Part shown: positions 1 through 6,127 of the stretch, piece after piece | Position numbering within the stretch: position 1 is the stretch's first letter | How the letters are laid out: each line of letters begins with the position of its first letter | From: Prasinococcaceae sp. CCMP 1430 | Lineage: Eukaryota; Plantae; Prasinodermophyta | DNA length: 8,137 nt | Direction of reading: 5' to 3' | NCBI GenBank assembly: GCA_013416795.1 | Contig: RQSC01000006.1 | Location: 260,979 to 269,115, forward strand | The notes under the pieces: generated by a model | The model's database searches: none | What the model saw: only the letters and a program-made list of their open reading frames with translations | What the model was told of the DNA's origin: nothing | Made by a program: the position numbers and the translations under genes

Positions 1-31
1 GCGGCGGCGGCGGCAGCGCGCCCTGCGCGGC

Positions 32-140
32 GTGCGTGCGAGCGCGCGTGTGCGTGCGCGTGTGTGAGCGCGTGCGCGTGTGTGAGCGTGTGAGTGCGTG
101 TGCGTACGCATGTGCATGAGTGTGTGTGTGCGTGTGTGTG
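32..140 (+). repeat. Degenerate (GT/GC)n microsatellite-like tract, probably the 5' part of an intron
   Basis: Begins GTGCGT at 32, the same hexamer as the donors at 251 and 572, and continues as near-alternating purine-pyrimidine GT/GC units to 140. Confidence 0.75.
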
Positions 141-250
141 GGCGCGGGCCCCTGCGGCGCGCTGCTCGCCGCCGCGCTCGCGCGCGCGGGCTGGCAAGTG
201 GACGTCTTCGACCGCGACGCCGCCGAGGACGAGGGCGAGGCGGACCACGA
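121..250 (+). CDS. FAD-dependent monooxygenase (kynurenine 3-monooxygenase/UbiH-like), exon with the Rossmann motif; 5' boundary uncertain
   Basis: Translates VCVGAGPCGALLAAALARAGWQVDVFDR, a GxGxxG beta-alpha-beta FAD-binding fold ending in the acidic D-R. Ends at a phase-2 donor GA|GTGCGT (251). In-frame TGA at 117-119 limits the exon on the 5' side. Confidence 0.75.
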
Positions 251-381
251 GTGCGTGCGCGCGCATGTGTGCGCGCATGTGCGTGTGAGTGTGTGTGAGC
301 GTGTGCGCGTGCGTGTGCGCGTGTATGTGCGCCGGCTGACACGCGCTTGCGCGCACTCACACGCACTCATAGCGCGCGCAG
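251..381 (+). other. Spliceosomal intron (acceptor either TAG 372 or CAG 381, both in frame)
   Basis: Donor GTGCGT, branch CTGAC at 336-340. The phase-2 join GA+C gives Asp and restores the frame of the next exon. Confidence 0.8.
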
Positions 382-571
382 CGCGTCGCCTCCGCGCCGC
401 CGCGGCTTCAACGTGGTGCTCACGCCGCGCGGCGTGCGCGCGCTCGACGCCGCCGCGGGCGTCGACGTCGCCGCCCTGCCCGCCGCCGCGGAGATCGCCG
501 CCTTCGCCAACGCGCGCGGCGCGCGCCCCGCGCCGGGCCACGTCGCCGTCAACCGCGCGGCGCTCGCGCAG
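382..571 (+). CDS. FAD-dependent monooxygenase, next exon; gene continues into the gap
   Basis: ASPPRRRGFNVVLTPRGVRALDAAAG...HVAVNRAALAQ resembles the KMO-family 'RSINLALSxRGxxAL' and 'IxRxxL' segments. Ends CAG|GTGCGT, phase 0. Confidence 0.75.
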
Positions 572-691
572 GTGCGTGTGTGTGTAAGCGTGTTTGTGCG
601 CGCGCGTGTGTGTGTGCGTGCGCGCGTGTGTGCGCGCCTGGCCTCGATGCGCATGAACTGACGAGCACACGCTCTCGCACGCGTCCGTGCA

Positions 692-732
<41 letters not shown>
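572..732 (+). other. Spliceosomal intron, 3' end lost in the gap
   Basis: Donor GTGCGT at 572, GT-rich 5' half, CTGAC at 658-662, then CA-rich sequence up to the Ns. Confidence 0.75.
695..732 (+). repeat. (AC)19 microsatellite abutting the gap
   Basis: Perfect AC dinucleotide run seen directly; its true length is unknown because of the gap. Confidence 0.95.
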
Positions 733-1638
733 NNNNNNNNNNNNNNNNNNNNNNNNNNNNNNNNNNNNNNNNNNNNNNNNNNNNNNNNNNNNNNNNNNNN
801 NNNNNNNNNNNNNNNNNNNNNNNNNNNNNNNNNNNNNNNNNNNNNNNNNNNNNNNNNNNNNNNNNNNNNNNNNNNNNNNNNNNNNNNNNNNNNNNNNNNN
901 NNNNNNNNNNNNNNNNNNNNNNNNNNNNNNNNNNNNNNNNNNNNNNNNNNNNNNNNNNNNNNNNNNNNNNNNNNNNNNNNNNNNNNNNNNNNNNNNNNNN
1001 NNNNNNNNNNNNNNNNNNNNNNNNNNNNNNNNNNNNNNNNNNNNNNNNNNNNNNNNNNNNNNNNNNNNNNNNNNNNNNNNNNNNNNNNNNNNNNNNNNNN
1101 NNNNNNNNNNNNNNNNNNNNNNNNNNNNNNNNNNNNNNNNNNNNNNNNNNNNNNNNNNNNNNNNNNNNNNNNNNNNNNNNNNNNNNNNNNNNNNNNNNNN
1201 NNNNNNNNNNNNNNNNNNNNNNNNNNNNNNNNNNNNNNNNNNNNNNNNNNNNNNNNNNNNNNNNNNNNNNNNNNNNNNNNNNNNNNNNNNNNNNNNNNNN
1301 NNNNNNNNNNNNNNNNNNNNNNNNNNNNNNNNNNNNNNNNNNNNNNNNNNNNNNNNNNNNNNNNNNNNNNNNNNNNNNNNNNNNNNNNNNNNNNNNNNNN
1401 NNNNNNNNNNNNNNNNNNNNNNNNNNNNNNNNNNNNNNNNNNNNNNNNNNNNNNNNNNNNNNNNNNNNNNNNNNNNNNNNNNNNNNNNNNNNNNNNNNNN
1501 NNNNNNNNNNNNNNNNNNNNNNNNNNNNNNNNNNNNNNNNNNNNNNNNNNNNNNNNNNNNNNNNNNNNNNNNNNNNNNNNNNNNNNNNNNNNNNNNNNNN
1601 NNNNNNNNNNNNNNNNNNNNNNNNNNNNNNNNNNNNNN
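733..1638. other. Assembly gap (906 N)
   Basis: Run of N flanked by (AC)n on the left and C12 on the right. Confidence 0.99.
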
Positions 1639-1817
1639 CCCCCCCCCCCCGCCCTTGCCAGAGCGGCCCGCTCACGCGCGGTGCTCCCCCCCCACCCCCA
1701 CCCCGTCGCGAGGCTCTTTCCCTCCGTCCTTGCTCGCGCCGCGGGCGCCGGCGCGCGGGCGCGCGGGCGGGGCGGCGAGCGAGGGCCGGCGCCGGCGCCG
1801 CGGCCGAACGGCGCGAG

Positions 1818-2057
1818 ATGGCGCTCCCGCCCCCAGCGTTGCACCGACAAACGTCGCGCTCGTCGCTCCTCTCGCGCACGTCGCGCACCGAGTCCGAGGT
1901 GTCCGAGTCGGGCTTGCTGCGACGCTACTACTTCAACGCCGCTGGAGACCTCGGCGACGGCAGAGGACGCGGCGGCTGGACGAGCGCGGCAGTGCGGCAC
2001 TACGACGTGGTGCCAGCCTTCCATCACGACGCCGACGGAACGCAGTGGACCAACGAG
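1818..2057 (+). CDS. Coiled-coil protein, exon 1 (80 codons)
   Basis: ATG at 1818, MALPPPALHRQTSRSSLL...GTQWTNE, ending at a strong phase-0 donor GAG|GTACGT. Confidence 0.7.
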
Positions 2058-2227
2058 GTACGTAGCGCGGCGGCCCGGAGCGAGGGAGCGAGAGCGGACC
2101 TCGGCCGCGCGCACCTGTTGGGTCGTGAGGCAGAGGGCGTTTGACGAGTGTCGTCACTGCGCGCACGCGGGTGCGCGTGCTAATCGTAAGCGAACGCTCC
2201 GCGCTGCCTCGCTGCGGGCGCTCGCAG
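2058..2227 (+). other. Spliceosomal intron (170 nt)
   Basis: Donor GTACGT, branch CTAAT at 2180-2184, acceptor CTCGCAG at 2227. Splicing joins ...TNE to YQRLSY... in frame. Confidence 0.75.
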
Positions 2228-3265
2228 TACCAGCGCCTGAGCTACGGAGCCGTCGCGCGCGTGAACGTAGACCAGACGGGCGCGTTCGACGTCGGGGCGC
2301 TCGGCTTCGAGCGGCCGCCGGTGGAGGATGCGTCAACGGGCGGCACAGATGATGAGCGCCTCGCGGCGAGCGTGGCGTGGGAGATTCTGAGCGCGGGTGC
2401 GCCCCTGTCCGCGCAAACGGTGCCCGCGGCAGCGCAGCCTGGCGGGGCGCCTCCCGTTGGCAGCAAGGGGACGACGCCGCTTGGCAAGGCCGACATCCTC
2501 GAGCTCGCGCGCTGGCTGCGCACGGTCGCGCCGCGAGGCCCCGGCGATCTCAAACCGCTTAACGCGCTCCTGCAGGCGCTGCTCCAAGACATGCTCGCGG
2601 GCGATCTCAGCTACTACTGCCGCGAGCTCGCGGCGACACGCGCAGAGCTCAAGGCGGCCCACGTCGGCTTCGACAGCTGGCTAAAAGCAGCCATTGAGGC
2701 GGAGCGTGCCAAAGTAGAGGGAGACGCCAAGAAAGCGGCCGTCCGTGCGAAGCTGAAGGCGGCGCTCGGTCAGTCGATCGCCGCCATCGCGACGTATGAT
2801 GATGCCGAGGACGAAAAGCAAATCAAGAGGCAGCAGGCGGAGCTCGACGTAGCGACCAAGCGCATCCAGGAGCTCGAGATGGCACTCGACCAGGCAAAGG
2901 CTGATTTCCAGCGCTGCGAGACTGACCTGAGCGTCGCCAAGGCGGCGCTCAGAGCTGAGAGGGACGAGCGCGCTGTCCTGAAGGAGGCGCTGAGCGCCGC
3001 CCAAGCCCGCGCGCTGGAGGCCGAGGCCATCGCGACTAGGGATGCCGCCAGGGCGATCGAGGATGCCAAAGCGCAAGCCGAGACGCTCAAGGCCGCGCAG
3101 CTGCAAAAGGTTCAGAGTACAAAGAGGCGCATGGCGGCGGTCCTGGACGTGCCTTTCGCCCGCTTTGCTTTCGATCCGTCAATTCAGTCGCCCGACCCGA
3201 ACTCGATCACCGGCCGGCTGGCGGCTGCGGCAGAAAAGAGCACCACCGAGGCGGCGCGGGCGCGG
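2228..3265 (+). CDS. Coiled-coil protein, exon 2, possibly axonemal dynein light chain domain-like; 3' end not identifiable
   Basis: Protein-like reading frame with a helical segment (TPLGKADILELARWL...DMLAGDLSYYCRELA) and a long A/E/K/R heptad-rich stretch (about 2690-3110). Coding character moves to another frame at about 3266, and this frame has no stop until 4505-4507. Confidence 0.7.
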
Positions 3266-3266
3266 G

Positions 3267-4472
3267 GGCTCGCCGGCGGGCCACCTCCCGGGGGGCCCGG
3301 GCGACGCGTCGCCGCTGCTGTTCTCGCCGCAGATGAACATGGCGCCCATCCCCACGGGCGCGGGCGGCGGCGGCGGGGTCGCCGGGCAGGCGGCGTCGAT
3401 GGCCGAGTTCCCCGCGATGCTCTTCGAGAACCTGGTGCCGTGCGAGTTCGTGTGGCGGCACGGCGGCGCCGAGGTGTCGCTGGAGAGCAGCTTCGACGGC
3501 TGGGGCCAGCGGCACGCGCTCGTGGAGGGGGGCGCGGAGGGCACGGCGACCGCCTCCGAGGACGCGGCGGGGGTGTTCTCCATGGTGCGCCTGCTGCCGC
3601 CCGGGGTGTACCAGTACAAGTTCATCGTCGACGGCGAGTGGCGGGTGTCGCCCGACCTGCCGCAGATGCACGACGCCGAGGGCAACCTCAACAACGTGAT
3701 CGAGGTGGAGTCGGCGCACGGCGCCGCCGGCGCCGTCGCGCGCACCGAGCTCTCGTCGTCGCCGCCGGAGTCGTACACGTCGCCCATGATGCGGCCCGAG
3801 GACTTCGCCAAGGACCCGCCCGTCATGCCGCCGCAGCTCAAGCTCTCGCTGCTCAACCTGCCGTCGTCGGCCGCGCAGCCGACGTCGGCGCACGCGCCGC
3901 CGTCGCTGCCGCGCCCCCAGCACGTCACCCTGGGCCACCACTACCGCTTCGGCGGCCGGCGCCAGGAGAGGGACGGCGCCGACGTCTACGGGACCACGCA
4001 CAGGTACAGGAACAAGTTCATCACGGTGGTCTACTACGCGCCGTCGGAGCAGCTCGCGCAGGCGCAGGTGGCCCAGATGCAGGCGCAGGCGCAGATGGCG
4101 CAGGTCCAGGCGCAGATGGCCGCCCAAGCGCAGGCACAGGCGCAGATCGCCGCGGCGCAGGCGCAGCACGCGCAGGCGCAGGCGCTCGCGCAGCAGCAGC
4201 AACAGCAGCAGCAGCAGCAGCAGGGGCAGGGGCACGGGCACGGGCAGGGGCAGGGGCAGCAAGCACAGCACGCGGCAATGCAGGCGCAGGCGCACGCGCA
4301 GGCGCACGCGCAGGCGCAAGCACACGCGCAGGCGCACGCGCACGCTGCCGCGCAGCAGCATGCGGCCGCGCAGCACGCCGCACAGCAGGCGCAGCACGCC
4401 GCGCAGGCAGCCGCCCTGCAGCAACAGCAGCAGCAGCAGCAGCAGCAGATGCAACGGCCGCCGCAGGCCTAG
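3267..4472 (+). CDS. KINB: SnRK1/AMPK beta regulatory subunit (CBM48 plus beta C-terminal/ASC domain) with a Q/A/H-rich extension; natural 5' end missing, first in-frame ATG after the junction at 3333
   Basis: SPLLFSPQMNMAP matches plant KINbeta SPxLFxPQxPxAP. CBM48: VPCEFVWRHGG...SFDGW...LPPGVYQYKFIVDGEWRVSPDLP...GNLNNVIEV (3435-3707). ASC: SPPESY...EDFAKDPPVMPPQL...PRPQHVTLGHHY...GTTHRYRNKFITVVYYAP (to 4043). Stop TAG at 4470-4472. Confidence 0.92.
   Translation, partial: GSPAGHLPGGPGDASPLLFSPQMNMAPIPTGAGGGGGVAGQAASMAEFPAMLFENLVPCEFVWRHGGAEVSLESSFDGWGQRHALVEGGAEGTATASEDAAGVFSMVRLLPPGVYQYKFIVDGEWRVSPDLPQMHDAEGNLNNVIEVESAHGAAGAVARTELSSSPPESYTSPMMRPEDFAKDPPVMPPQLKLSLLNLPSSAAQPTSAHAPPSLPRPQHVTLGHHYRFGGRRQERDGADVYGTTHRYRNKFITVVYYAPSEQLAQAQVAQMQAQAQMAQVQAQMAAQAQAQAQIAAAQAQHAQAQALAQQQQQQQQQQQGQGHGHGQGQGQQAQHAAMQAQAHAQAHAQAQAHAQAHAHAAAQQHAAAQHAAQQAQHAAQAAALQQQQQQQQQQMQRPPQA
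4191..4223 (+). repeat. CAG/CAA repeat encoding Q11
   Basis: (CAG)3 CAA (CAG)7 in the KINbeta frame. Confidence 0.95.
4419..4448 (+). repeat. CAG/CAA repeat encoding Q10
   Basis: CAG CAA (CAG)8 in the KINbeta frame. Confidence 0.95.
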
Positions 4473-4838
4473 CCCGCCGGCGTGGCTGCGTGCAATTTGC
4501 GTCGTAAACTCTGCCTGCTCACACACGCTTTGGCCTCGAAGTGCGTCCTTGCACGCGCTGCCGCCGCGCCGGCTCGCGCGTTCCTTCAAGACCTCCGGCC
4601 CTCTCACGCGCGCACGCGCGGCCCTCGCGGTCCGCCGTCGCGGACGCAAGCACGCGTGCGCGCGTGGGCGAGGTGGAGGCGCTCGGTCTCAACGTTCATT
4701 GTTTCTATCTATTGTACACGGGCGCGTATGCGCGTGCGCATTCGCGCGTGGGCCCCTGTGCGTTCGCGCGCGTGCCGTGTGCGAGTGTGTGTGCTGTGTG
4801 CAAGCACGCGCGCGCGCGCGCGAACGGCGCTCCCGTCC

Positions 4839-5145
4839 TCAGTGGGCGTGATGTCCCCACCACGGGGGCGGCGCCCACGCCGCGCGTGCGCGCAGCACGG
4901 CGAGCGCCGGCGGCGCCGGAGCCGGCGCCTCCAGCTCCGCGCGCGCGACCTCGGCGCGCACGTCGGCTTCGGCACGGGCACGTCGTGTGCGAGCGTCGAC
5001 CTCCGTCATGAACTCCGCACCGGCGCCGCCAGCTACCGCGGCGGCGCTGCGGCGGCCATGCCAGCGAGGCGGGGCCGCCGGGCCACCGACGCGCGGGTCG
5101 GCGCGGGGGCAGTGGATGGAGTCGTCACGCACACGCGCGTGGCTC
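4839..5145 (-). CDS. Orphan hypothetical protein, last exon
   Basis: Acceptor GCGCATAG| at 5146. The phase-2 join gives R-SHARVRDDSIHCPRADPR...EFMTEVDARTRRARAEADVRAEVARAELE...WWGHHAH, with stop TGA at 4841-4839. Confidence 0.6.
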
Positions 5146-5297
5146 CTATGCGCGTCGTGCGGGTAGAGCGAGCGCGCGAAAGAGAGAGAGAGGAGCATGC
5201 ACGGCAGCACACGGTCAGAAAGCCCTCGCAGCCGCAGCACACGGCCGCGCGCAAGCGCATACGTGTGTGCACGCCGCCACCTCGCGCGCGGGATCAC
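5146..5297 (-). other. Spliceosomal intron (152 nt)
   Basis: Donor AG|GTGATC, branch CTGAC at 5218-5214, (CT)n pyrimidine tract, TAG acceptor; phase consistent with both flanking exons. Confidence 0.6.
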
Positions 5298-5584
5298 CTG
5301 GTGCGGGCGGTCTCCCTCTCGGCCTTCCTCTCCTCGGTCTCCTCGAAGTGCGTCACATCGGATGCCGCGCGGCCGTGCGGTCCGGCGGGCACGGCGAGCG
5401 TGCGCGCGCGCACTTCGCCGCGCGTCACCACCGTGCTACGGCGGGTGTGCTCGCGCGACAGGAGCTCGGCGCGCTCGGAGGCGCGGCGGGCGTTCCAGTC
5501 GGCGAGGGCCGGCCGCGTGACGGCAGAGGACGGGCGCCCGCAGCTCGTGCGGCCGCCCGCGCGCACGTCCGTGTTGTTTGGGAC
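5298..5584 (-). CDS. Orphan hypothetical protein, middle exon
   Basis: VPNNTDVRAGG...RPALADWNARRASERAELLSREH...DVTHFEETEERKAERETART, with G/C-rich third positions and bounded by CCACAG| and |GTGATC. Confidence 0.65.
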
Positions 5585-5727
5585 CTGTGGAGTGCCAGCG
5601 CAGGCGCGCTCAAGCGCTCGCCGTCAGGACGAGATGCGCGCACGCGCGCGAAACGAGCGCACGAGCACGGGCGTACGAGCCCGGGGACGCGAGCCTGCCG
5701 GCAAGCTCGTGCACGTGGCAAGCGCAC
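5585..5727 (-). other. Spliceosomal intron (143 nt)
   Basis: Donor AAG|GTGCGC, branch CTGAC at 5627-5623, acceptor CTCCACAG; phase 0. Confidence 0.7.
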
Positions 5728-5817
5728 CTTGTTGTGGTGGCGCGCCGTCACGTCGGTAGCAGTCCGCCGTGTGCCGCCAAGCGCGCTTTGCGGCCGCGCG
5801 CACTCAGACGGGAGCAG
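5728..5817 (-). CDS. Orphan hypothetical protein, upstream exon; 5' boundary uncertain (could extend to 5855 or 5940); no ATG
   Basis: LLPSECARPQSALGGTRRTATDVTARHHNK is in frame with the middle exon. Candidate acceptor CCGACGCAG at 5818 and candidate upstream donor TGG|GTGCGC at 5940. Confidence 0.45.
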
Positions 5818-5970
5818 CTGCGTCGGGTGGAGGCAGTGCGCCTCAGCGGGCGCGCCTGCGTCCCTCCGGCGCCCGAAGTCGAGCGCCGAACCGAGCGCGC
5901 CCGCCGGCGCCGGGCCGCGCCGCGTCGTCGAGAGGCGCACCCAATTTGATGAGGAATTCGTGAATTGTTC

Positions 5971-5998
5971 AAACCCTATACATCCCTAAACCCTAAAC
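5971..5998 (+). repeat. Interstitial telomere-type repeats / telo-box cluster (CCCTAAA x2 plus a degenerate unit)
   Basis: AAACCCTATACATCCCTAAACCCTAAAC; the minus strand reads GTTTAGGGTTTAGGGATGTATAGGGTTT. Confidence 0.85.
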
Positions 5999-6091
5999 AT
6001 CAAAAAAGAGGCGAGGCGCCTGCCCGTGCATGCGACGGTGCTCTTTCGAAGTTTCAAGAGGGACTGCGTAGTACTACAGACAGCACCGTAC

Positions 6092-6127
6092 CGTAACTGA
6101 AAGAGATTCGCTGCTGCCTTTCTGCAC
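6092..6127 (-). CDS. SPT6: Putative short second exon of SPT6; 3' boundary uncertain
   Basis: After acceptor GATCCACAG (6128) the phase-2 join reads S-CRKAAANLFQLRYG, recalling the 'NHFLLYYG' segment that follows this point in animal Spt6. Candidate donors GTACGG (6091) or GTGCTG (6086). If unspliced, the frame stops at TAG 5988-5986. Confidence 0.4.

Noticed and set aside
549-2352. Long ORFs 549..2114, 580..2352 and 687..2144
   Set aside because: Their length comes from translating through 906 Ns; only 1818-2057 is supported.
3266-4507. Continuation of the coiled-coil frame as a genuine overlapping gene
   Set aside because: The translation is low-complexity R/G/A sequence, and codon bias and homology belong to the KINbeta frame.
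3207-4649. 480-aa minus-strand ORF and other antisense or off-frame ORFs over KINbeta
   Set aside because: These are shadow ORFs of a gene with near-100% GC3 and CAG/GCG repeats; the translation (polyL, RLRV) has no independent protein character.
4482-5989. Plus-strand ORFs 4482..5759, 4541..5011, 5267..5989 and 5578..5949
   Set aside because: R/A-rich translations with no motifs; splice signals and codon pattern favour the minus-strand gene.
5946-6100. C/D snoRNA (TGATGA at 5947-5952, CTGA at 6097-6100)
   Set aside because: There is no terminal stem, the span is long for a typical guide snoRNA, and I recognised no rRNA antisense element or U3 boxes.
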